Counted from the first letter of the stretch, positions 1-8,501 are shown. The stretch is DNA of 64,000 nt from Lachnospiraceae bacterium (GCA_963621995.1 CAVFFZ010000002.1:41166-105165); one strand, 5' to 3'. The notes: generated from the sequence alone by a model not told the origin. Translations and numbers: made by a program.

Positions 1-593
1 ATTTAGTAAAACTATTAAATGGTGAAGAAATAGAAGTTCCAACATTTGACTTCAAAAAAGGAATAAAATATTATACAGGGAAAACAATGAAACTAGAAGA
101 GGACGAAGTACTTGTAATGGAAGGAATACACTGCTTAAACGATAAGCTAACACCAGCAATAGATAAAAAACAAAAATTCAAAATATATATTAGTGCTTTA
201 ACAGTATTAAACATAGATTATTACAATAGAATTTCAACTACAGACACAAGAATAATAAGAAGAACAGTTAGAGATAGTCAATTTAGAGGATATGAAGCCT
301 TGAGAACATTATCTTCTTGGTATTCTGTATCAGCAGGGGAAGAAAAATATATATTCCCATTCCAAGAAGATGCAGACGTAATGTTTAATACATCACTTGT
401 ATATGAGATAAATGCGTTGAAAAAATATGCATTACCGCTATTTAGCCAAATAGGAAAAGAAGAAAAAGAATATGCAGAAGCAAAAAGATTAACAGAATTT
501 TTAAAATACTTTGAACAAATAGATATAGAGGACATTCCTAAAAATTCTTTATTAAGAGAATTCATAGGAGGAGGCATTTTCAATTACGACTAA
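1..593 (+). CDS. Nucleoside/uridine kinase family protein, C-terminal part (5' end is upstream of the window)
   Basis: The frame is open from the window edge into ORF 87..593. The motif run ...EGIHCLND...TDTRIIRRTVRDSQFRG... resembles long-form uridine kinase/PRK-family proteins. TAA stop at 591-593. Confidence 0.7.
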   Translation, partial: LVKLLNGEEIEVPTFDFKKGIKYYTGKTMKLEEDEVLVMEGIHCLNDKLTPAIDKKQKFKIYISALTVLNIDYYNRISTTDTRIIRRTVRDSQFRGYEALRTLSSWYSVSAGEEKYIFPFQEDADVMFNTSLVYEINALKKYALPLFSQIGKEEKEYAEAKRLTEFLKYFEQIDIEDIPKNSLLREFIGGGIFNYD

Positions 594-880
594 AAGGACA
601 TTTGGGGACGGGTCACTTTTGTCCTTTGTGAATTTTTGAGAATATAATAAAAAACCATATAAATTTTCAAAAAATGCTCGTTCAAGCTAAGTTACGCAGA
701 AATTATAATCGAAATTTGTGGCACCCTTCCATTAAAAAAATGAACTCTTTCCACAAATTTCTCAATAATTTCTAGCTTACTTACTTTCTAATAGTGCTTT
801 TTTTCAAATTAATATGCTTTTTTATTATAATTATTACTTTATGTAAAGGACAAAAGTGACCCGTCCCCAAATGTCCTTTT
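592..880 (+). repeat. Family A nested-palindrome repeat, copy E1 (MITE-like): terminal hairpin, L arm, core(+), R arm, terminal hairpin
   Basis: The ends are 35-nt inverted repeats: aaaggacatttggggacgggtcacttttgtccttt (593-627) and its reverse complement (846-880). Internal inverted repeats are tataataaaaaaccatat (643-660) and atatgcttttttattata (812-829). The core folds as a long imperfect hairpin (gaaatttgtgg / ccacaaatttc). Further copies lie at 1222-1494 and 62901-63294. Confidence 0.9.
803..831 (+). promoter_or_regulatory. Outward-facing sigma-A-like promoter spanning the core/R-arm junction of E1; probable promoter of the RNHCP gene
   Basis: TTCAAA (803-808), 17-nt spacer, TATAAT (826-831). 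No other promoter-like sequence lies between the upstream gene's stop and the ATG at 907. Confidence 0.45.
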
Positions 881-906
881 AGATGGTGTGAAGAAAGGGA
901 AAATAA

Positions 907-1215
907 ATGGAAAGAAAATTTACTGAAATAGATGAAGAATTTGTTTGTGAAAATTGTGGTAAAAAAGTGCCACCATTAGGATATTCTTGTAGAAATCATT
1001 GCCCACATTGTTTGCATTCAAAACATGTAGATATAAACCCAGGAGATAGAGCAGAAGAATGCCATGGAATATTAGAGCCAATTGGGCTAGAAATAGATAG
1101 TAAAAAAGGATATGTAATAATATTTAAATGTAAGAAATGTGGAAAAATTAGAAAAAATAAAGCTGCAAAAGATGACAATATGGATTTAATAATAAGTCTA
1201 AGTGCGAAACATTAA
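907..1215 (+). CDS. RNHCP domain zinc-ribbon protein
   Basis: Contains a literal RNHCP motif (SCRNHCPHCLHSKH) and several CxxC pairs. A purine-rich RBS (gaagaaaggga) lies upstream. TAA stop. Bracketed by repeat copies E1 and E2. Confidence 0.75.
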   Translation: MERKFTEIDEEFVCENCGKKVPPLGYSCRNHCPHCLHSKHVDINPGDRAEECHGILEPIGLEIDSKKGYVIIFKCKKCGKIRKNKAAKDDNMDLIISLSAKH

Positions 1216-1221
1216 ACTGTT

Positions 1222-1494
1222 AGGGGGACGGGTCACTTTTGCCTCTTGTAAATTTTTGATAATATAATAAAAAGCATATTAATTTGAAAAAAAGCGCTAT
1301 TAGTAAGTAAGCTAGAAATTATTAAGAAATTTGTGGAAAGAGTTCATTTTTAATGGAATGGTGCCACAAATTTCGCTTATAATTTCTGCGTAACTTAGCT
1401 TGAACGAGCATTTTTTGAAAATTCATATGCTTTTTTATTATAATTGTTACTTTATGTAAAGGACAAAAGTGACCCGTCCCCAAATGTCCTTTTT
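1222..1494 (+). repeat. Family A repeat, copy E2: truncated left hairpin, L arm, core(-), R arm, terminal hairpin
   Basis: The L arm (tgtaaatttttgataatataataaaaagcatat) and R arm (atatgcttttttattataattgttactttatgtaaagg) match E1 in the same left-to-right order. The segment between them (about 1280-1424) is the reverse complement of the E1 core. The right hairpin (1458-1494) overlaps the stop codon of the convergent U32 gene. Confidence 0.9.
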
Positions 1495-4024
1495 ATATTT
1501 CTCTGTTTAAATTTCCGTTTGTGTAGTCTTTGCCTTCTAGTCTACCACCAGAAAGAACAGTATTTACAATATTATTTATATTATTTATATTATTTATAGT
1601 TTCATCTAGTAAATCTATACGGTAAGAAGAGGCATTAGCAAAGTCTTTTGCACAAATAGAAGTTATTTTACTATTATAAAGAGTGCTAACAGTTTGAATG
1701 CTATCTGGAAGAATAGGAAATAAGAATCCTAATCTATCTTTTAAATAATATTTTGTATTATTCTTACATTGTGTGCCACATGTAGGATAACATTTATTAG
1801 TTTTTCCAAGTAGACAATAATTCATGCTCATTAATGGAGTTCTGCCATATACAATCAATTCTTGCTCTATACTAGAATTATTTAATATATTATTTATAGT
1901 AGATTTTCCTAATTCAGGTGAAATAGTTAATTTATCAATTCCAAGTTCTTTCCATTCTTGTATACTCTTATTGTTGTAAATATTAAGAGTATAATTGCCA
2001 ATAAATTTAAATTTATCATTGTATTTATTTTTTATTTGATGAATGAAATCGCCATTTGAAATGTTTGAAACAACAAAGCCAGAGACCTTAAAGGTTTCAA
2101 TAGAATTATCTATAACATTATGAAGCAAATTAGTATAGTTTGATTTGATAATTGTAGGTAAATAAATATAAGCATTAAAATTCTCACAAATGTTTTTAAT
2201 AATATTTTCATATTTTTTGTTTCCAAAGTATTTTAATGGAATATATACATTATCTACATTTTTAAGGTCATTGTAATTTTTATTTTCATCTAATATATTT
2301 AATAAAACAGAAATTTCTTTTTTGCTATTTGAATTAGTTACAATACCATTTGAAATACTGCAAGAGACATTACCTCCTTCAGAATCCTTATCTTTGCTAC
2401 TTATTGTTTCGGTTAAATTAAGCGAAGTAGGGGAATTTCTTAAAATTCTACTATTTGCAATTAATAAAATTTCATCTAAAGCATTTCTTCTTAACTCATT
2501 TAGAACTTTTATAGATGGTAAAAATAAGTTATCATCTAATATTACGTCAATATCTTTAAAAGTAAAAATAGTATCCTTTGTTTTATTAAGTTGGGATATA
2601 ATTCTATCTTTATCTAAAGGCTGTGATTTAGCTTCAATAGGTAAAGTGTCTGAAGATAATGAAACACTAATATCATCAAAAATAGGGTTATTATTTGAAA
2701 GAGTGCTAACATTAAGTAAAACTGGTGAATTCTTTTTTAATGTAATACAAGCAGTTAAATCTACTTTCTTATGTTCTTCTTGATAAGATGAATATGCAAA
2801 AGTAGAAAGTTCTTTACTATTAGTTTTATAAACCTTATCTCCAATATGTAAATTGCCTTTCATTCTACCAACTTCAACAAGTTGCTTTTTAAAACCAGTG
2901 GTAATATTTTTGTTTTTTATCATAAGCTCAGAAACAGTATATTTTGTAGATTCCTTTTCAAATTCAATAGTGTCACCAATAGAAATATCATCTGTTAAAT
3001 TGATGAAAACGTGACCTTTATTAGTTTTTAGGTTTGCAATGTTTCCAATATAAATGCCCATATTATTTGGCTTTTCAGGAAATACTAAAGAGGTATTTGC
3101 ATTTGAGTCTAAATGCCCATTAGAAAATCCACCACGATTAAATACTTGCATTAAATCTTTTACGTCTTTTTTATCAATTATATAAGGTTTATCAGACAAG
3201 GCTAAATCAATATATTTTCTGTAAATTCGGGTAACTGTAGCAACATATTCAGGAGTTTTCATTCTTCCTTCAATTTTAAAACACATAACTCCAGCGTCAA
3301 TTAATTTAGGTAAAAATTCCAAACCACATAAATCTTTAGTGCTAAGTAAATATCCTTTTGACGAAATAGGAACGGTTCTTTTGGCTTCATTTGTATCTTT
3401 TGTTTCACATGTTCTTAATAATTCATAAGGAAGTCTACATGGACCGGCACATTTGCCACGATTTCCGGATCTTGCACCTATCATACTTGAAAATAGGCAT
3501 TGCCCAGAATATGATATGCAAAGTGCACCATGTATAAATGTTTCTATTTCTACATTTGTATTTGCACGTATATATTGTATTTCTTCTAAAGATAATTCTC
3601 TAGATAAAACTACTCTTTTAAAACCTAACTTTTGTGCTTCTAGTGCACCTTCTAAGTTATGGATTGTCATTTGAGTACTAGCATGTATAGGCAAGTCTGG
3701 AAAGCTTTTTATTAGAAAACGTGCAAAACCTAAATCTTGTACAATTATTGCATCTATACCAAACTCATAAGCTTTTTTTGCTAAAAGAACTGCATCTTCA
3801 AATTCAGTATCTTTTATTAAAGTATTTAATGTTAGGTGAGTATTAACGCCTCTTAATTTAGCATAAGAAATAGCTTCTTTTAAGTTAGTTAAATCAAAAT
3901 TTGTTGCAGAAGCTCTAGCATTAAAATTTGCAGCACCAAAATATACACTATCTGCACCATTTTGAACAGCTGCTTTTAAACATTCAAAATCTCCAACAGG
4001 AGAAAGTAATTCTATTTTTTTCAT
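1493..4024 (-). CDS. Peptidase U32 family protein (long form with C-terminal extension)
   Basis: 843 aa. Contains the U32 signature E-x-F-x-HGALC-x-SYSG-x-C (ETFIHGALCISYSGQC). The N-terminus MKKIELLSPVGD is typical of the family. Confidence 0.9.
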   Translation of the reverse strand: MKKIELLSPVGDFECLKAAVQNGADSVYFGAANFNARASATNFDLTNLKEAISYAKLRGVNTHLTLNTLIKDTEFEDAVLLAKKAYEFGIDAIIVQDLGFARFLIKSFPDLPIHASTQMTIHNLEGALEAQKLGFKRVVLSRELSLEEIQYIRANTNVEIETFIHGALCISYSGQCLFSSMIGARSGNRGKCAGPCRLPYELLRTCETKDTNEAKRTVPISSKGYLLSTKDLCGLEFLPKLIDAGVMCFKIEGRMKTPEYVATVTRIYRKYIDLALSDKPYIIDKKDVKDLMQVFNRGGFSNGHLDSNANTSLVFPEKPNNMGIYIGNIANLKTNKGHVFINLTDDISIGDTIEFEKESTKYTVSELMIKNKNITTGFKKQLVEVGRMKGNLHIGDKVYKTNSKELSTFAYSSYQEEHKKVDLTACITLKKNSPVLLNVSTLSNNNPIFDDISVSLSSDTLPIEAKSQPLDKDRIISQLNKTKDTIFTFKDIDVILDDNLFLPSIKVLNELRRNALDEILLIANSRILRNSPTSLNLTETISSKDKDSEGGNVSCSISNGIVTNSNSKKEISVLLNILDENKNYNDLKNVDNVYIPLKYFGNKKYENIIKNICENFNAYIYLPTIIKSNYTNLLHNVIDNSIETFKVSGFVVSNISNGDFIHQIKNKYNDKFKFIGNYTLNIYNNKSIQEWKELGIDKLTISPELGKSTINNILNNSSIEQELIVYGRTPLMSMNYCLLGKTNKCYPTCGTQCKNNTKYYLKDRLGFLFPILPDSIQTVSTLYNSKITSICAKDFANASSYRIDLLDETINNINNINNIVNTVLSGGRLEGKDYTNGNLNREI

Positions 4025-4133
4025 AAATAAGCAAGTCCTTTCTTTGAAAAATATTATAACACTAAATTAATGGTAACACAATAAATAAAAATACATATTA
4101 TATTATATAAAGAAAAAAGAGGAGGGAAAGAAG

Positions 4134-4310
4134 ATGCAAGACGAAATAAGAAATTGCGGTTGCAACAGTGGATGTGGTTGCAATAATGGAGGATTTTTAA
4201 ATGGATTATTTGGAGGATGTGGCTGCGGAGATAGCGAAATATTATTCTTTATAATTATATTCTTATTACTATTCACAAACTTTGGATGTGGATGTGGCAG
4301 AGGCTGCTAA
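4134..4310 (+). CDS. Tiny Cys/Gly-rich membrane protein, YjcZ-like (58 aa; below the ORF-track cutoff)
   Basis: ATG at 4134 follows the strong RBS aagaggaggg. My translation is MQDEIRNCGCNSGCGCNNGGFLNGLFGGCGCGDSEILFFIIIFLLLFTNFGCGCGRGC. TAA stop at 4308-4310, followed by a terminator. Confidence 0.6.
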   Translation: MQDEIRNCGCNSGCGCNNGGFLNGLFGGCGCGDSEILFFIIIFLLLFTNFGCGCGRGC

Positions 4311-4335
4311 TAAGCTTAATAAAACATATTAAGAA

Positions 4336-4392
4336 AAAGATGTCTTTAAACAAAATGGATTATAAATTTATTTTGCATAAGACATCTTTTTT
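4336..4392 (+). terminator. Rho-independent terminator
   Basis: Stem aaagatgtctt / aagacatcttt followed by a T-run. Confidence 0.6.
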
Positions 4393-4552
4393 ATATTCTC
4401 CAAACTTCCCTAGAATATAAAAAGCTTCGCTAAACATTCCACACAAATTTTATTACATAAAATTTGGCGGTTGAACAAAGACGAGGCATGAAAAGTTTTC
4501 TAAAATGTCTAAAAATATTAATCATGCCTCGTTTGCTCTATTCTATAAAATA
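4393..4552 (+). repeat. Family B intergenic repeat, copy B1
   Basis: The sequence ...caaacttccctagaatataaaaagcttcgctaaacattccacacaaattttattacataaaatttggcggttgaacaaagacgaggcatga...tcatgcctcg...ctattctataaaa recurs at 33017, 51776, 48337(-) and partly at 57744(-). Confidence 0.9.
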
Positions 4553-4601
4553 ACAGAAATGTTACTAAAATATTACATTTTTATTAGTTTTAGGAAATTT
4601 G

Positions 4602-4630
4602 TTGACGTTATTTATACCTAATGATATAAT
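4602..4630 (+). promoter_or_regulatory. Sigma-A-like promoter of the autolysin gene
   Basis: TTGACG, 17-nt spacer, TATAAT. Confidence 0.6.
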
Positions 4631-4693
4631 TTGTTCGACGAAAAATGTAGAAAAACTAAAGAAATAGCAAGATATGCTAAGGAGGAAACTAAA

Positions 4694-6913
4694 TTGATTA
4701 CCGATATATATAAAACTACTAAACATAGGGTTTCAAAGCTAGTATTTATACTTATAATACTAACTTTTATATCTTATGTTTTTTTAGGAGTTATAAATCA
4801 AAATGTAATATTTGCAGCACAGACAAGAGAAAGTTATTCAAGCAAAATTAATAATTACCCAGGTTATAAGGAATTAATAGATAATTTAAAAAAATCTCAT
4901 CCAAATTGGAATTTTACAATATTTTATACAGGATTAGATTGGAGCCAAGTAATAAAGAATGAGACAACAGCATGTCATGGAAGAAATGTTGTACCAGCTA
5001 GTAAACCAAGTTCATGGAAATGTAGTGTATGTGGTGAAACACCGCGTGGAGGAACTTCTTGGAGATGTGCATCAGAGGCAGCAGTTTCATATTATATGGA
5101 TCCTAGAAATTGGTTAAATGATACATATATATTTGAATTTGAAAATTTATCTTATAATGGTGAAATTCAAACTATAGAAGGTGTAAAAAAGATTATAGCA
5201 GATATGGGGTATATGCAAGGAGATACAATAAAATACACAACAACAGATGGAACAACAGCCACAATAAATAAATCTTATGCACAAGTTATTATGGAGGCAG
5301 CAAGTGAAGCGGGAATAAGTCCATATCATTTAGCTTCTAGACTTCGTCAAGAACAAGGTGCAGGTTCAAAACCTGGTTCTACAGCAACAGGTACATATAG
5401 TGGTTATGTAGGATATTATAATTATTTAAATATTAAGGCATCAGGTTCAACAGATGCACAAGTTATAGCAAGTGGATTACAATATGCTCAAGATAATGAC
5501 TGGACAAACCCAGAAATTTCTATAAAAGAGGGAACAAAAGTATTAGCTAAAAATTATATAAATGATGGACAAGATACATTATATTTACAAAAATTCGATG
5601 TAGACAATTCAGATGGAACATTATATTATTTCCAATATATGCAAAATGCATCAGCATCTGTAACGGAAGGAGAAAATGTAAAAAGTACTTATGAAAGTTT
5701 AGGGTTAATAGATAGTTCTATTGAATTTATAATACCTGTATATGAGAATATGCCAGAAACTATATGTAGAGAACCAGTAGATGCAGGAATAGTAACTCAA
5801 AATGTTAAAGTCAAAGGTACAAATGTAAATGTAAGAAACGGAGCAAGTACTTCATCAACTATTATAAGTACCGTGAATACAGGAGATATTCTTCTTAGAA
5901 TAGAAATCGCTTCTAGTAGTAATAATGGAATTTATTGGGACAAAGTAGTATTACCAGATGGAAGAAAAGGTTATATATCACGTAGCTATTTAGTTGAAAT
6001 AGCAGATGTAACAAATTGTAATGATACAGTAATTGCAAACACATCTGTTAACTTAAGAAATGGACCAGGAACAACTTCAACAACAATAATTACAACATTA
6101 ATAAAAGGTCAAGTATTAACTAGAATAGAAAAAGATGCATATAATTTAGACGGGTATATATGGGACAGAGTAAAGTTAACTGATGGAAGGCAAGGTTATA
6201 TAGCACAACAATATATTAGTACATCAGGTTCAGAAACGGAAAATGGTGGAACAGAAAAAAATGAGTTAATTAAGGTAATTTGTAATTCAGGACTAAAAGT
6301 AAGAGAAGCACCAGGAACAGACCAAAAAGTTTTAACTTATTTAGATAAAGACGATGTATTAACAAGAACTCAAGCTGGAGCATCAAATGCTAATGGATAC
6401 ACATGGGATAAAGTAGTAACTTCAGATGGTATAGAGGGATATATAGCAAGAGGAGATTCTAAAGAACAATATATACAAGTAGTAAATACTAATGATTCAA
6501 ACTCAAACCCTAATACACCAACGACAAAAAATGATAAATTTAAATTAGAAGATTCAAATTTAGTTTGTGAGCCAGACACTAGTGTAGAAACAATTAAAGA
6601 AAAATATACAAATAAAAATATTGTTGTAAAAGATTCAAGCGGAAAAGAAATTACATCTGGAAATATTGGAACAGGATATACAATAACAATAGCAGAAAAA
6701 ACGTATACAATTATAAAACTTGGAGATGTTAATGGTGACGGAAAAGTAACAGCAGGAGATTATGTTACAATAAAAAATCATATTATGGGAACAGGTGTAA
6801 TTAATGAAAAAAATAAACTAGGAGCAGATGCTAATGGTGATGGAAACATAACAGCAGGAGATTATGTTATTATAAAGAACCACATTATGGGGACTGCTAC
6901 AATAAGTATATAA
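4694..6913 (+). CDS. Cell-wall hydrolase: N-terminal TM anchor, glucosaminidase-like domain, three SH3b domains, C-terminal dockerin
   Basis: Start moved to the TTG at 4694, which has RBS aaggagg 8 nt upstream. The track start at 4631 lies immediately after the -10 box. Motifs: ISPYHLASRLRQEQG; three copies of VNVRNG...GYI; two dockerin repeats GDVNGDGKVTAGDY and ADANGDGNITAGDY. Confidence 0.8.
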   Translation: MITDIYKTTKHRVSKLVFILIILTFISYVFLGVINQNVIFAAQTRESYSSKINNYPGYKELIDNLKKSHPNWNFTIFYTGLDWSQVIKNETTACHGRNVVPASKPSSWKCSVCGETPRGGTSWRCASEAAVSYYMDPRNWLNDTYIFEFENLSYNGEIQTIEGVKKIIADMGYMQGDTIKYTTTDGTTATINKSYAQVIMEAASEAGISPYHLASRLRQEQGAGSKPGSTATGTYSGYVGYYNYLNIKASGSTDAQVIASGLQYAQDNDWTNPEISIKEGTKVLAKNYINDGQDTLYLQKFDVDNSDGTLYYFQYMQNASASVTEGENVKSTYESLGLIDSSIEFIIPVYENMPETICREPVDAGIVTQNVKVKGTNVNVRNGASTSSTIISTVNTGDILLRIEIASSSNNGIYWDKVVLPDGRKGYISRSYLVEIADVTNCNDTVIANTSVNLRNGPGTTSTTIITTLIKGQVLTRIEKDAYNLDGYIWDRVKLTDGRQGYIAQQYISTSGSETENGGTEKNELIKVICNSGLKVREAPGTDQKVLTYLDKDDVLTRTQAGASNANGYTWDKVVTSDGIEGYIARGDSKEQYIQVVNTNDSNSNPNTPTTKNDKFKLEDSNLVCEPDTSVETIKEKYTNKNIVVKDSSGKEITSGNIGTGYTITIAEKTYTIIKLGDVNGDGKVTAGDYVTIKNHIMGTGVINEKNKLGADANGDGNITAGDYVIIKNHIMGTATISI

Positions 6914-6926
6914 AGGAGGACAACAA

Positions 6927-8501
6927 ATGAAAGCTAAAACAAAAAGTATAAATATAATATTAACTATGGCATTAATGGTAAGCACACTATTTTTTAGTAA
7001 TAAAGTAGAAGCTGCGTCTTTTTCTGTAAGTGCTTCAAATTCAACAGTAACAGTTGGAGACACATTTACAGTAACAATAAATGGAAAAGGATTAACTGGA
7101 CAATATACTATAGCAGGAAACTCTAATGTTTCTGTTAGTGAAACTAGCGTATGGATAGAAAATGAAAGTAAAACAGTAACATGTACTACTAAAGCAGAAG
7201 GAACAGCAACTGTAACGATTACACCTCAAACAGTAGCTGATAGTACAACAGGAGAGGACCAAAGCCTACCAGCAAAAAGTGTAAGTGTTACCGTTAATGC
7301 TAAAGAAACACAAAAGCCAAATAACGAAAACACAGAAAGTAACGAAGGCAATAGTGAAAACAACAGTGGTAGTAATGGAAGCAATGGAGGAAACACAACA
7401 GTTTCAGAGCCAACTTTTACAGATACAAACAAAACAATGTATTCTACAGGAAATATAAATTTACGTGCAAGTTGGTCAACAAGTAGCAGTGCAACACCAA
7501 TAGAAGAAGGAACAGAATTAACTGTAACAGGAACATCTAAAGAAAAAATAAATGGATATGTATGGTATAGAGTATCATATAATGGACAAACAAAATATGT
7601 AGCAAGTAGTTTACTAACTTCTACTAAACCAGAGGAAGAAACAAAATCTGATAACGCAAATTTAAAATCACTAGTAGTAGAAAATTTTGATATTATACCT
7701 AATTTTAGTTCAGATGTAACTGAATATACTTTGGATGTAACAAGTGAAGTAAATGAATTGACAATAAAGGCGGAGCCAGAAGATTCAAATGCAACAGTCA
7801 CAATTGAAGGAGAAAAAGAATTAAAAGAGGGAGAAAATACAGTAGCAATTTCTGTAAATGCAGAAGATGGTACAACAAAATTATATGAAATAAAAGTTAC
7901 TAAAAAAGCAGAAAATGTATTTGGACTAACATCTTTAAAAATAAAAGATACAAACATTGAATTTGAACCAGATATATATAATTACAGTATAAATATAAAA
8001 GCAGATGTAGATATATTAGAAATACAAGCAGTTGCAAGCGAAGAAGATGCAACAGTTGAAATAATAGGAAATGAAGAACTAAAAGAGGGAGAAAATATTA
8101 TAACAATTATGGTTTCTTCTAAAGATGGAGAAAAGAATGCAACCTACCAAATAAATGCAACTAAGGAAGAAAAAACTTCAGAAAATGTTCAATCAAATTT
8201 TAAAATTTACATATATGCTGGAATAGGTGTAGTAGCACTAATTGCTTTAATTATAGTAATAGTATATACAGTAAAACATAGAAATGAAGATGAGCCAGAA
8301 AAAAATGAAGATTTTCCAGATGAATTACCAGAAAAAGATGACAATGAAGAAATAAGCAATACTGAAGAAATACAAAATGCAGAATTAGAAGAAAACAATA
8401 ATGAAGAACAAGAAGAAATAGATAGAAAAAATTATTTTTTAGATGTGCAAAGCGAAGATGATTATGAAAAAACAAGAAAAAGAAGAGGAAAACATTTTTA
8501 A
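6927..8501 (+). CDS. Surface protein: signal peptide, Ig-like domain, SH3b, two cadherin-like beta-sandwich domains, TM helix, acidic tail
   Basis: RBS aaaggagg. Signal-like N-terminus. Two repeats of the type NANLKSL...FSSDVTEYTLDV. TM segment IYIYAGIGVVALIALIIVIVY. Glu/Asp-rich C-terminus. Confidence 0.7.
   Translation: MKAKTKSINIILTMALMVSTLFFSNKVEAASFSVSASNSTVTVGDTFTVTINGKGLTGQYTIAGNSNVSVSETSVWIENESKTVTCTTKAEGTATVTITPQTVADSTTGEDQSLPAKSVSVTVNAKETQKPNNENTESNEGNSENNSGSNGSNGGNTTVSEPTFTDTNKTMYSTGNINLRASWSTSSSATPIEEGTELTVTGTSKEKINGYVWYRVSYNGQTKYVASSLLTSTKPEEETKSDNANLKSLVVENFDIIPNFSSDVTEYTLDVTSEVNELTIKAEPEDSNATVTIEGEKELKEGENTVAISVNAEDGTTKLYEIKVTKKAENVFGLTSLKIKDTNIEFEPDIYNYSINIKADVDILEIQAVASEEDATVEIIGNEELKEGENIITIMVSSKDGEKNATYQINATKEEKTSENVQSNFKIYIYAGIGVVALIALIIVIVYTVKHRNEDEPEKNEDFPDELPEKDDNEEISNTEEIQNAELEENNNEEQEEIDRKNYFLDVQSEDDYEKTRKRRGKHF

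Noticed and set aside
674-775. A 33-aa ORF (MLVQAKLRRNYNRNLWHPSIKKMNSFHKFLNNF) inside the E1 core
   Set aside because: It has no RBS. In E3 the same frame stops after 15 codons (…aat ttg tga), and in E2 an indel shifts the frame. The ORF is not conserved, so the core is treated as non-coding.
590-882. A TA target-site duplication flanking family A elements (TA-aaaggaca...tgtccttt-TA at E1 and E3), which would suggest an IS630/mariner-type origin
   Set aside because: It depends on where the A/T run is assigned to the TIR. It is not seen at E2 or at the solo copy at 44733. TA is expected by chance in such AT-rich flanks. It cannot be supported without empty-site comparisons.
1568-1600. A triple 9-nt tandem repeat (attatttat x3, encoding NNINNINNI) near the 3' end of the U32 gene, considered as a phase-variation tract
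   Set aside because: The unit length is a multiple of 3, so slippage would stay in frame. It lies in a low-complexity C-terminal tail. It is probably just an AT-rich microsatellite.
4488-4553. A 21-aa hydrophobic ORF (MKSFLKCLKILIMPRLLYSIK) in family B copy B1, with a similar one in B3 (MKNFLKCLKMVIMLLLLLN); considered as a possible type I toxin
   Set aside because: The ATG is only 1 nt after the GAGG. B2 has lost the start codon and B4 has deleted most of the frame. Conservation follows the hairpin arms, not the reading frame.
4631-4693. The upstream start codons proposed by the ORF track (4631, 15276, 28997, 36047, 38209, 61958 and the 61968 minus-strand start)
   Set aside because: Each lacks an SD, while an in-frame downstream start has one. 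The start at 4631 lies directly after the -10 box of the gene's own promoter. Starts were moved accordingly: 4694, 15312, 29009, 36068, 38239, 61970 and 61872.
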